From Camelus dromedarius (Eukaryota): a stretch of 64,000 bases of DNA. Location of the stretch: the NCBI RefSeq assembly GCF_036321535.1, contig NC_087437.1:8680001-8744000 (forward strand), read 5' to 3'. Shown here one piece after another: positions 1 to 12,445 of this stretch (position 1 is the first letter of the stretch; each line of letters starts with the position of its first letter). The translations under genes and the position numbers were made by a program. Below the pieces are notes generated by a model. That model did no database searches. It was not told where the DNA came from and worked only from the letters and a program-made list of their open reading frames with translations.

Positions 1-181
1 TGGATATAGAGAACAAACTGATGCTTAACAGGGGGGAACAGGTGGAAGGAGGGACAAATTGGGAGTTCGGGATTTGTGGGAACTAACTATTATATATAAA
101 ATATATAAACAAGGTCCTTTGTATAGCATAGGGAACTATGTTCAATATCTTTTAATAACCTATAATAAAAAATATGAAAAG

Positions 182-247
<66 letters not shown>

Positions 248-330
248 CTGAATCACTGTGCTATATATCAGGAACGAGCACAACATTGTAAATTGACTAT
301 ACTTCAATAATAAAATAAAAAATTAAAAAC
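1..330 (+). mobile_element. L1 3' UTR end (cetartiodactyl/camelid type), cut by the window start
   Basis: Typical L1 3' UTR motifs (gtatagcatagggaactatgttcaatatc...cacaacattgtaaattgactatacttcaataa) followed by an A-rich tail; internal (TA)n. Confidence 0.9.
184..247. repeat. (TA)n microsatellite inside the L1 3' UTR
   Basis: Directly visible. Confidence 0.95.
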
Positions 331-344
331 TCAAGGTGTTTTTA

Positions 345-1600
345 AAGTATTCATTCATTTGACAAATACTTAGCTATACTTACCATGCATTTGACACAGT
401 TTTAGGCCCATGGAATATAGGTGAATGAAATATGCAAGAATCCCTGATTTCATGGGGACTAAATTCTTACAAAAGGCCTGTAGAAAATAACAGTGACTGA
501 GAAAATTATGTGGTAGATTATAATCAATAGGTGACATGAAAAAAATTAAAAGGAGAACAGGGAAAGGAAAAGTAGGAATGCTGGGTAGATGCAGAAACAG
601 TATCATGCAGGCTGGTTAGGGCAGACCTCACTGAGCAGAAAAGAATAAAGAATTGAGGAAGAGGGAGTTAACCAGGCAGACATTGAGGAGAGTCATTCCA
701 GGTAAAGGCAATAACTTCAACAGAGGGTCAAAGTAGGAGCAACAAACAGAAAAGAGGCCAATGTGGTTGTAGAGAGAGGGAGTGAGGGAGAAAGTACTGG
801 GAGACAAATTAGAACAAGGGGTCGAAGCATGTAGACCCTTGTTGACTCTTACAAATATTGTGGCTTTGCTCCAAGTAAATTAAAGCACTATTGGCAGTTT
901 TGAGTAGAAAAACAGTAAGATTTGACTTACATTTAGGAAGATCACTTTGGATATTGTCTTGGAAATAAACTATAGAAAAGCAAGAGAAAAAGCCGTTAAG
1001 CAATTATTGTAATAATTCTTGAATGCGCCAATGGAGACTAGGGTCGGAGAAGTGGCAGTGGAGATAAAAAGAAGCATTGAGCTGATGGGTATATTTGATG
1101 AGTTGGCTCTGAGGTATAAGAGACAGCAGTGGAGGTGGACTCCAAGGTTTTGTCCTGAACAATTTCAGCGAGTTAACCGAGAGGAGGAAATCTCGGTGAA
1201 TGTGACATATTGTTGCAGGAGAGGGAGAAAGATGAAGAAAGAGTGCAGTTTTGAACATGTTGAATTTGAAATACCTCTTGTACATTCAAGGGCAGGTGCT
1301 AGTAGTTGGGTGCACAAGTCCAGAATTTGAGAGAAGATGATAAATTTGGGATTTGTGAGCATATAGATGGAATGTTAAGACCATGAGGACTAGATGTGAT
1401 CACCTAGGGAGGGAGTGTGAATAGAAAATCAAGAACAAAGAAAATAACCCCCCTAGATATTCCAACATTAAAACACCAGAAAGAAGACAAGGAATCAGCA
1501 GCAGACCCTGAGAAAGAATACGCATTAAAATGAAAAAAAAAAAAATTGAGACTGCTTGGTGTCTCCAAAGCCAAATGTAGACAGTGTGATCAAAGAGGGG
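345..1600 (-). mobile_element. L2 (LINE2) fragment, 3' part
   Basis: Begins with tattcattcatttgacaaatac (reverse complement of the L2 3' end); L2-like motifs such as aggaagatcactttgg and gttttgaacatgttgaatttgaaatacct. Confidence 0.8.
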
Positions 1601-1604
1601 AGAG

Positions 1605-3630
1605 GAGTTCTGACTGTTACATGGAAAATTGAAAAAGACTGCTCCTTTTATCTTAAAACAAACTAGATAAGCTACCAAAATCATAGGTTAAAAAAAAATC
1701 AGAAAGCTCAGCATTAATCCAATTCCAGAAAGTGATGAATTCTTCGTAGGAGAGAAAAGGTCCAGTTGTTCTTAAAAGTGGGAGAGCAGTGGGAGAAGGA
1801 AGTATATGCCATACGTGTCCATAAGGTAAGCCAGCTGAACTTTTAACAGACTTCTCTTTGCCACGCGACATGTAAGTAGAATTCTGAAGAGTCTGTCCAC
1901 AGAGCCAGTCTCCATCTACTGGCCCACAGTTTCCAGTGGGCCTTTGTGAAGCACACAGCTAGTACGCCAGGCTGGAGACAGGGACATACAGCTCAGAGAG
2001 ATCTCCGTGAAGTGTGCAGACTCTCTCCCAAGTGCAAGGCAGCGGTCCTCCAACGACTGCGAGCATGGTAATAAAGCGAAGTGAGATCTACCAGAGCCCT
2101 TGGGCTTCAGCCGCCGAAGTTCGGGGTTAGAAGGAAGATGGGGTGAAAACCTCAGCAAAGTGCTCTGAGATACTGTAGAGGATAAGCCAGCCTCCGAAGG
2201 CTGGTTGAAGTGTAGGAAAGCTGAGAAAGATTTTCCGAGGTGCAGGAATCTCAGGACAGAACTGGAGAATGAAGAGAACTCTTTGGGGCCCCCAAAGCTG
2301 GCAGCCTGATTGCAAAGCAGATGTCCCGTTGTTTGGGATGCTGTAAGGGAGTCAGAGCTGTCCAGAATCTCACCTATGCCTTGCTAAAAGGAAATGTTCT
2401 AAATCCCACCTTGAAATATTAAACTAAATCTGCAACAAAACCCCTGTGGATAGAATTGGCCTCACCCATTCTAGCAGTGTGATAAGAAGAAAGGGTGTGC
2501 CCCTTTCTGGAGATAAAAATTGCTCACTTCAGTCTCTAATGTCCTTTTATACAAAACATATAAAAAGTTATGAGACATGTAAAAAAGTGAGAAAATGTGG
2601 CCTGTGGTCATGAGAGGAAACAGTAAACAGAAGTAGATATTGAGATAGTCCAGATATTGTAGTTATCAGAGAGAACTTCAACACAACTCAGATAAAAATG
2701 CTGTGAGAATCTACTGGAGAAGATAATGTGTATAAAGAAATGGACTATTTTTCCAGAGACATGAAAACTGTACATAAGAATGAAAAAGTCTAGAATTAAA
2801 ATTAAAAAAAAATCATCAAATGGGACTAATAGCAGATGAGTGAGAAGAGAGAATCTGTGAATTTGAAAGATGGGTCAATACAATGTACAGAACAGAAATA
2901 CAAATAGGGGGGAAAAAAACCAGAAGAATTGAGCTCTGTAGGACAATATCAAATAGTCTAACAAAGACCTAAGTCTCAGTAAGACAGAAAAGAGAGAAAG
3001 GGGCAAAAAAAAAAAAATTAATTGAGGAAATAATGGCCAAGAATATTCCAACAATGATGAAAGACATCAACCCATATAGCCAAGAACATCAGCCAACTTC
3101 AAGCAGTATAAAAAGAAAAGCATACAGATGTATGCACAGCATCGTCAAAGTTAGGCTAACCCAAAGATGAAGACCAAATCTTTAATGCGATCAAAAAAAG
3201 TTCCAAAAGGAGTTGTGCAAGAACATTCATAGCATCTTTAATCATAATAGCTAAAAACCAGAATCAACGCAAACACCCAGCAGCAGAAGGATAAATGAAC
3301 TAATTATAGTATAGAATCTCAAAACCCTATATTGGGCAAAAGAAATCAGGAAAAAAACAAAGTAATTCATATTGAATCGTAACTATTTGTATGAAGTACA
3401 AGGAATGATCCATGGCAAAGTCACCTATGAGAACTGACGTCAGAAAGTGGCTGCCTCTCAAGGGTGTGGAGATTGATCAGAAAGGGATACAGAGAAAATT
3501 TCTGGGTGATGGAAATGTTCTATGTCTTGTTTTGGGTGGTCCTTATGTGAATGTCTGCAACTGTCAAAACTTATTGAACTGTGCACTTAAACTATGTGCA
3601 TTTGGGGGTTATACTTCAACCAAAAATAAA
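1605..3630 (+). mobile_element. Old L1M-type element, internally deleted (5' UTR + degenerate ORF1 + 3' end)
   Basis: ORF1-like DNA at about 2580-3200 (gaggaaataatggccaagaatattcc); L1MC/MD-like 3' end at 3210-3630 (gatggaaatgttctatgtcttg); aaagaggg repeated at 1592 and 3631. Confidence 0.7.
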
Positions 3631-3790
3631 AAAGAGGGAAAGAGTTACCAACTGTGCCAAGTGTTGCTGATCGGTCAAGTTAGAAAAGGACTGAGAATTT
3701 ACCTTTGAATGTAGCAACAGGGAGGTCTCGGTGACCCTGAGGGAAACAGTTTTGGTGGAGTGCTGGGAGCAAAAGCCTGACCTCTGGGGA
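3631..3790 (-). mobile_element. L2 continuation after the L1 insertion
   Basis: caactgtgccaagtgttgctgatcggtcaagttagaaaaggactgagaa...gcaacagggaggtctcggtgacc is L2-like. Confidence 0.7.
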
Positions 3791-4435
3791 GAGATCTTCC
3801 CTCTCCTCCTCTATGATTGGCTAATATGTTGAGAAGGTGTGCTTCACAGAGAACCCTCCGCAGATAGTCTTCTTATTCCTAAACAGAATAGTTTGACAGA
3901 GAGCAGTTAATGGTTGAGAGTTTTAAAGGTTTCGGTTCCTTCCAAATACTCTCAGCCTGTGTTTAGGGATCTATTCTTCAGATTGCTAAGAAGTATTTTT
4001 CCAGCTAAATTCTAAGCATGAAAACCGAAACATGAAAGTTGACTGGTTTCTAGAGCACCTTTATCAGCTGGTGTCTACTGGCTTTAATGATAACACTGTG
4101 GTTAATGATGCCAAATATCTGAGGAGTATGACACCTATCAGGATTTATTCTCCTGATAAATGCCTTTATTCAGACAGATCTTTATTCCATGTATATTTCT
4201 GATTTAAGAGCACTCAGGTTAACCATGATTGTGAGGATTGTAATACAGTTCAGTCAAGAGTAATGAACAAGGAAAGGAGTTTGACAAAATGAATTTTAAA
4301 AGCAAAGACAGGGAAACAAAGACTTTTTTCTTAAAAAAGTAAAAGCTATTCTAAGAAAGAAAAGCTGGACTGATAAGAATATTAACAACTTTGTGAGACT
4401 AAAACAATGTTAAGTGTTATATCCCATAGTCTTTA

Positions 4436-4590
4436 TTTTTCTTAAATTACAGTGCATTTTATTTTTTATTTTTTTTTTGGAAGGGGAAGAAATTGGGTGT
4501 ATTTTTTAATTTATTGGAGGTACTGGGGATTGAACCCAGGACCTTGTGCATGTTAGGCACACACTCTACCTCTTAGCTATACCCTCCTCA
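4436..4590 (-). mobile_element. Camelid tRNA-derived SINE (Vic-1-like)
   Basis: Reverse complement of gagggtatagct...gtagagtgtgtgcctaacatgcacaaggtcctgggttcaatccccagtacctcc with A and B boxes; perfect 18-bp TSD tatatcccatagtcttta at 4418-4435 and 4591-4608. Confidence 0.92.
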
Positions 4591-5989
4591 TATATCCCAT
4601 AGTCTTTAAATACAGAGACAGATAAAGAGAAAATTCTTTCCAAGATTATATAATCCTATTCATGTTTGAAAACCAGGGCAGTGGTGTTATCTATGTCTAT
4701 ATTTATCTCCACCCATTCATTGGGAATCTCTTTAAGACCATTTTTTCCCCAATTAAAATGCCAAATCATGACATACATTGACTTAAAATTTAGTATTAAT
4801 GAGGGTTAACCTTAGTTGGAATATGTGTGGTCTAATTAAAGCCCCCAAATAGAATTGATGCTGAAAGTTTTGTCCTATGATTAACGAATATATGAACAAG
4901 ACTGCTACACCAGCAAACTGGATCTTTGGCAACTAAAATGTATCATTTTAGCTTCTCTTTTCTGTGGCTGTTTTCTGCTTTGTCTCTCCTGAGAGATTTG
5001 AAAAACTCTGCCTGGATCTGATAGGCAGACTGTGTTGGTGATTGAGAACTCCTAGCAGTGGTGGCGTGTCCGAGGAGTACCCGGAAGCCCCACCAGCCTC
5101 GAGGGTGTTACAGAAGAGCTTGTTTTCCTTCCTTTTTCCATACCTGATACAACCTTGGCCTTGAGAAACCAAGTGTCAGAGATTTTACAGCTAATAAATT
5201 CCCTCAAGCAGCAGCACACTGCTCTTGGAGTTGATGAGTGATTGGAACACTGTGTTGGGACTGTCCCATCATTTCACTCTTTCCCCTAAAACTGAGTAAA
5301 AAACATTAAGATGAGAAGTAGGGCCAACTGGTGATTGCACCTCGTATTAATGGGAAGGTCAGTACAAGTCAGGAGAGCAGAATCATTTCTAAAAATTGAA
5401 AAATAGAAAATAAAGATATGTTGACTTTCTTGTTGTAGATACACACCTACAGAACCAGGGGGAAAATGTAAGAATTACATTTTATAACATGTAAGATGGA
5501 AGGAATGCCTAACTCTTTAGTTGTATTCCTAAAACTGACACCTCGATCTTTGAGTAACTGTAGTGTTTTTAATGGCTACATTGGCTGGGAAAGTTGCATG
5601 GGCTCTTTTTCAAATTTTATTATATTTTTAAAATATTTCTCGTGAAGGCTATTTTTTAATTGTCTCCCAACATATGGTTAGGCTGTATATTGTATCTCCA
5701 GTGGACATGTTATCTAAATAATTCTAAAACCATCGAAACTAATTGGATTCAAGTGCTCAGGAGTTCAGCATTTATGAGGATTTGCATTGAAGTTAATAAA
5801 GCACATCGTATCTTGTACGTCTTAAGTTGTACTTTTGTTTAAGGTTGAAATAAATTAGATAATACTTACTTATTTTCTAATTTAGCCATCTTATTTTTTA
5901 TATCTAGTCTGGTGATAACCAAGGAATATATGGTCAAAGGAAATAAGTGAAACATATTTAGTTGTAATATAATGATACAGAGCCTTTAC

Positions 5990-6200
5990 CAAAAGTTGAC
6001 TCTGGGCCAGGAACAGGCCAAGTATCCGCAAACATGAAATTATTTGAGCCCCGTAACAATTCCATGACATTGTTCTAATTTTAACCCATGAAGAAACTCT
6101 GAGGCTTGCAGAATTGAAGCAACTTGCCAAGAGGGCATAGCTCTAAAAAAAGCAGAAAAAACTCAAAGCTTGGTGTGTCTAGTCTAAAATTATATCTTCC
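5990..6200 (-). mobile_element. MIR SINE
   Basis: MIR core atgaagaaactctgaggcttgcagaattgaagcaacttgccaag. Confidence 0.65.
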
Positions 6201-6724
6201 AACCACTAAATCATGGTACCCAACACTGCGCCAGCTGCATGGGCCACGTCTACATGATAAGGGCCTCTAATATCCTCTGCAAGAAGTGAGGACTTAGATT
6301 CTCATTTTACTCCATAGCTTATAATCCATGTCTACCACAGCTTCATTTGATGTTCTAAAGGTGATTTTAATGGGCAACGAAATTTGAAAAACTCTTTACA
6401 AGTCAGTTACCCTCAACCATCTGTTTTCTTTTTCCAAAGTTTGCTTGTTAACTTGAGTTCACTATTGTCTTTCCCCCTACTCACATTCTCTTTTACTAAA
6501 ATCTTAAAGAAGCTTCAGAAGATAGTGGAGATCATGCTATGTTTAATACGCCATGCTCAGTCAGAAGTTTTTAGCCACTTTGAGAAATAAATTTTGGCCA
6601 TCTTCTCTGAATGAAAACACATGCGTATACCGGTAATTTCGAGTTAGTAAACAAAGACAATATGTGCTAGATTACTCTTACTGTATTATTTATGGGTAGA
6701 CTGTATGCAGTATTTATTTTACAT

Positions 6725-6760
6725 CACACACACACACACACACACACACATACATATACA
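6725..6760. repeat. (CA)n microsatellite
   Basis: Directly visible. Confidence 0.9.
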
Positions 6761-8289
6761 CTTATTTTATGAAACCTCCAGGCTTTATCAGTTTGCATCA
6801 TTTCTCATCTAAAGCTGAGAAAGCACTACCTTGAGGTGACTGTATAAAGTACATAGAGGGGAGAGTCACCTGGGCTTAGCTTGCTAACGGAAAAATTAAT
6901 CCAAATTCCATTTGAGACTCTGAGGCTGGTTAGCAATTCAGATCTACTTTTCAAAAACTGGTAGTGACTCTTTGATGTGCCTGAACTTGAAGAAGCCCAG
7001 CTCCAGGATGATGTCATCTGTTTATTGCCACAATTCAGGATTTAAATAATGCAATGAAAAAAATCCTAGAAATAGTCCAAAGGGAAATAAACCAGCCAGA
7101 GAATCCCAACAACGAGCAAACGTAATGACTCAGACTCCATCTCTCTATACCTTTGTCTAATTCTATTTCTTAACTTGAAATACAGGGAAACCTTTATAAA
7201 TAATTTATAAATATTTATAAATAATTTTAGAATACTTGGTATGATGATGGCAAAATTATCATTTCATAGTTTGGAAGAGGGTTCTAATGAGCTGGAGTGA
7301 TGAGTCAGGGGTCAGCTGATGGTATTTTGGTGGTAATGGAGAATCTGTTAACTTGAAAGTGCGTTGGCAAAATGCTGAGCCACAGAAATATGCAGTGACT
7401 CTATGATGAATGGTGAACTTTCTCAAAGGTTCAGTAAGCCAAGATATTCCCTCCTGAAAGCTCTTTGCAACCGTTCTTAGGCAGGCAAAACTCTTTCCAA
7501 AATCAATGCCCTTCAGCAAGATAAGCCAACTCTTCTCCCTGTCAAGTTATCACTGGTGGTGTTTCCTTGATATGCGGTTCAGATAGCTTTTTGAATACAA
7601 TGTTCTTGCGGCTGACGCTTCTTGGATACTTTTTCTTCTGATTCCCGTATGGATGTGTGAAAAGTCTCTGCCTTCACTCCTATTCCAGCCCCCTCTGCTT
7701 TCGGACTCCAACCATTTGGGAAGCATCCCTCAGGTGTTTAAAAGACCGTCGTTTTTGTTCATGAAGGAGTCAAATCATAGGTGCTTCGGTCATAAATTCA
7801 AGTCTGGGTGCTATGAAAGAGAACAAGAGCAGTAGTGAGTGTAAATATAGAAGAAACGAAAAATTAATAGAAAAATTCCAGGCATGGATTTGTGCCTAGA
7901 TGTGGGTATGAGTGGGGCAAATGAACTGATGCTCTTAGTTTTATTTTCCCTGATTTCTTTCCGAGTGAGGACCATAAAGGCTGACTACGATGACACTTGC
8001 AGGCAAAGCCTTTGGAAAGGATGGATGGATGATTTTAAGGGATTCACTTCTATTAAAAACAAACAAGCAACCTCTCATTTTTTAGGTTAGCCAGGAAGTT
8101 GTGTAGATAATTGAAAAAAACCTATGAAGTTAAATCCATAGAGAAATGCAAGCCAACAAAGAAAGATTGATATTATCTTCATTATTATCTGAGTGAAATC
8201 ATGCTGAGCAAACAAACTTGTTGTTGCTTTAAGCCACCAATATTGCAATAATTTTTTTTTACAGCAGTACGTAACGGAAGCATGCCCTT

Positions 8290-8410
8290 TAGAATTATGC
8301 CTCCTATAATCCAGCCCTTACCTACTGCTTCAAACTCATTGTCTGCCACTCTCTTCCTTGTATATTATGCTCCTGCCACATCAAAGTACTTCTCTTTTAT
8401 CTTAAAGATA
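8290..8410 (+). mobile_element. L2 fragment (left part, interrupted by an L1)
   Basis: gcctcctataatccagcccttacctac...tatgctcctgccaca is L2-like; continues at 12072. Confidence 0.55.
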
Positions 8411-8418
8411 CCAGATTT

Positions 8419-11400
8419 TAAAAAAAACTGAAGTATAATTGACTTACAATATTATATTAATTTCAGGTGTACAACATGGTGATTCAGTATTTTTATACAT
8501 TAATGATTACCATGTTAAGTTTAGTTGCCATCTGTCACCATACATAGTTATTATAATATTGTGGATTGTATTCCCTATGTTGTATGTTACATCATTGGGA
8601 CTCATGTATTTTATAACTGAAAATGTGTACTTCTTAATCTCCATTGTCTATTTCCCTCATCCTCAAAACCCTACCCTTCTGGCAACCACATGTTTGTTCT
8701 TTGTATCTATGAATCTGTTTCCATTTTATTATGTTTATTCATTTGTTTTTTCTTTAGAATCCCCATATAAGTGAAGTCATATGGTTTTATCTTTCTCTGT
8801 CTGAGTGATTTCACCAGCATAATACCCTGTAGGTCCATCTATGTTGTCCTAAGTGACAAGATTTCATTCTTCTTTATGGCCGAGTAATATTCCACTGTAT
8901 TTATGTATGTGTCTTTATCCATTCCTCTACTGATGGACATTTAGGTTGCTTCCATATCTTGGCTATTATAAATAATGCTGCAGTGAACATAGGTGTGCAT
9001 TTATCTTTTCAAAATAATATTTTTATTTTCTTTGAAATGGAATTTCTGGAATATATGATAGCTCAAGTTTAAAGGAATCGCCATACTGTTTTCCATAGTG
9101 GCTGCATCAATTTAGACTCCCACCAGTAGTGCATGAGGATTCTCTTCCTTTCTCCACATCCTCACTGACAACTAGTTCCCGTCTTTTTCATAATAGCCAT
9201 TCTGTCAGGTGTGAGGTGATATCTCATTGTGGTTTTGATTTGCATTGCTTTGATGATTAATGATATCAAACATATTTTCATGTATCTGTTGTCCATCTGT
9301 TGTCTTATTTGGAAAAATGTCTATTCAGGTCCTCTGCTCATTGTTTTGGAGGGTGTTTGATGTTGAATTGTATGAATTTTTTGTATATTTTGGATATTAA
9401 CCCCTTGCTACATATACAGTTTGCAAGTATCTTCTCCCATTCAGCATGCTGCCTTTTTGTTTTGTTTATAGTTTCCTTCACTGTGTAGAAATTCTTTAGT
9501 TTGATGTAGTTCCATTCTTTTATTTTTATTTTTGTTTTTGTTTCCCTTGACTGAGGAGATATATCCCCCAAAATATTAAGATTAAAGTCACTGAGCTTAC
9601 TGCCTATATTTCCTCTAGGAATTTAAGTTTTCTGGTCTTACACTTTAGCCTTTAATCCATTTTGAATTTATTCTGTATATGGTAGGAGAGAATAGTCCAA
9701 TCTGATTCTTTTACATGTGGCTGTCAGTTTTCCCAATACCATTTATTGAAGAGGCTGCTTGTTTTCTCCAATGTGTATTCTCACCTCCTTTGTCATAGAT
9801 TAATTGACCATATAAGTGTTGTGTTTTATTTACGAGTTGTCTATTCTGTTCCACTGATTTATGTGTCTATTTTTGTGCTAGTACCACACTGTTTTAATTA
9901 CTGTAACTTTGTAGTATAGTTTGAAATCAGAGAGCGTGAAACCATCAGCTTTTTTCCCCCTCAAGAGTGTTTTAGCTATTCAGTGTCTTTTGTGTTTCCA
10001 TACAAATTTTAGGATTATTTGTTCTAGTTTTGTGAAGAAATACCTTGTGTATTGACAAGGAATGCACTGAATCTGTAGATTTCCATGGGTAGTATGGTCA
10101 ATTTAACAAGATTAATTCTTCCAACCCATGAGTGTGGTATAACTTTCCGTTTGTTTGTGCCATCTTAAATTTCTTTCATCAATATCTTATAGTTTTTGGC
10201 CTTTTACCTCCTTGGTTATATTTATTTCTAGGTTTTTTTTTTTTTCTTTTTGATGCAGTTGTAAGTGGCATTATTTTCTTAATTTATCTTTCTGATAGTT
10301 TGTTGTTAGTGTATAGAAACACAACAGATTTCTGTATATTATTTTTTCTAACGACCCTGCATTTTTACTCCCCCCCATTTAGTGATTTTGAAATTACATT
10401 TTACATCTTTTTAAAATTTTGTGTATCTCTCAATTACTTATTGTGGATATAGATGTAGATGTTTTCACTACTTTTGTCTTTTAACCTTCCTACTAGCTTT
10501 CTAAGTGGTTGATCTTTATTACCTTTATTGTATATTTGCATTCATAAATGAGATTTTTCCTTCTGTAATTTTCCTATTTCTAGCTGTGGTCTTCCCTCTT
10601 CTGCTTAGAGAAGTCCCTTTAACATTTTTAAAGCTAGTTTCGTGGTGCTGAACTCTTTTAGCTTTTGCTTGTCTGTAAAACTCTTTCTCCTTCAAATCTG
10701 AGTGACAGCTTTGCTGGTTGGGGTATTGTTGGTTGTAGGTTTTTTATTCCCTTCATCACTTTGAGTCTATGGTGGCAATCCCTTTTGTCCCACAGTTTCT
10801 GCTGAAATGTCAGCTGATTGTTTTATGGGAGTTCTCTTGTGCATAAGTGGTTGCTTTTCTCTTGCTGCTTTAAAGATTTTTTTTATCTTTAATTTTTGCC
10901 ATTTTAATTACAATGTGTCTTAGCATGAACCTCTTTGGGTTCATTTTGTTTGGGACTCTCTGTGCTTTCTGGAACTGGATGTCTGTTTCCTTTCCCACGT
11001 TAGGAAAATTTTCAGCTATTATGTCTTTATGTTTTCTGCCTCTCTCTCCCTTTCTTCTCTTTCTGGGACGCCCATAATACAAATTTTTAGGCTTACTGTT
11101 GTCCCAGAGATCTCTTAAAGTATATTGATTAAAAAAAAAAATTCTTTTCTCTGTTCAGCATGGGTGATTTCCGCTGTTCTGTTTCCAGTTTGCTAATCTG
11201 TTCCCTCTGTATCATCTAATCGAGTGTATTTCCTTCTAGTATATTTTTCATTTTAGTTATTGTATTTCTGTTTGGTTCTTGCCTCATGAGGTGTCTTCCA
11301 GCCTGCTGGTGGGTGGGACAGTGAGCCTGGCTGCATGGCCCAGTGGGTCCCAGATCTGGTGTTTGCCTCTGGTGGGAGTGGCCAGGTTTGGGGGTGGCTG

Positions 11401-12063
11401 GCCTACTGGTGGGCAGTAATCCTCTGGCACTATCAGGCCAGAGGCAGGACTCCATACTGGTACTTGCCACACCAGTGTCCTTGTGGTGGAACACACTCCC
11501 GCAGAACCACTAGAAATGACTGCCACTAGTGTCTGTGTCCCCAGGGGGAGTCCCAGATGACTCCTGCCTCTCCAGGAGACTCTCCAAGATCAGCAGATAG
11601 GTATGGTCCAGGCTCCTTTCAAATTACTGCCTCTGCGCTGGGTCTTGGAGTGTGTGAGATTTTGCACTCACCTTTTAAGAGTGAAGTCTCTATTTCCCAC
11701 AGTGCTCTGGCTCTCCCAAAAGTAAGCCCCACTGACCTTCAAAGAAAGACCTTGTGGGGGCTCACCTTTCTGGTGCAGGACCCCCATGCTGGGGAGCCCA
11801 ATGTGAGATTTTGACCCCTGGTGCCTTGGGGAGAACTATGCAAATGTCATTATCTTCCCATCTATGGGTTGTCCACCTGGGGGTGTGAGTCTTGACATCT
11901 CATTGTGGCTCCTTCTTTATATATTTAGTGGTGGAAAACATTTTCTCCTGGTCTTCAGGTAGTTCTAATAGACAGTTTCTCTGTAAATAGTTGTAGTTTT
12001 GGTGTGTCTGTGGGAGGAGGTGAGCTCGGGGTCTTCCTACTCTGCCATCTTGGCCACACACTC
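8419..12063 (-). mobile_element. L1 with intact 5' and 3' ends but large internal deletions (about 3.6 kb)
   Basis: 5' end on the minus strand caagatggcagagtaggaagaccccgagctcacctcctccc; ORF1p remnant 10870-11082 (IIAENFPNVGKETDIQFQKAQRVPNKMNPKR); ORF2 C-terminal remnant 9338-9571 (WNYIKLKNFYTVKET...EWEKI); candidate TSD ccagattt at 8411-8418 and 12064-12071. Confidence 0.9.
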
Positions 12064-12071
12064 CCAGATTT

Positions 12072-12445
12072 CATATTTAATGTTCTGTGTTCTTAGCTTA
12101 CTCTTCTCCCCTGTGCTGCCTCAATCCTCCCTCCCCACACATACACATTCTTCGCAATGCAGATTACGGTCTATAGATCACATTTTCAAAGAGGCTTTTT
12201 CTTATTCCAAAGATGGTTGAGGTGCCCCATAGTCCTCTTAACACTCTTATGTTTGTCTTATAGCATTTATTGCAACTACAGTCATCAATTTTTTGCAACA
12301 TTTTTCTTCTCCAGTTGACAGTGAGTTCCACAAGGGCAAGGAGCACACTGACCTCCTTCACAGCTGCATCTCCAACACCCAGTACAATGCCTGCAACTTC
12401 ATAGGTTCTTTGTAGGTCTAAGTATTGGTCGAAAAAATAAATGTT
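12072..12445 (+). mobile_element. L2 3' part (continuation)
   Basis: gtgagttccacaagggcaagg...ctgcatctccaacacccagtacaatgcctg is the L2 3' end. Confidence 0.7.
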
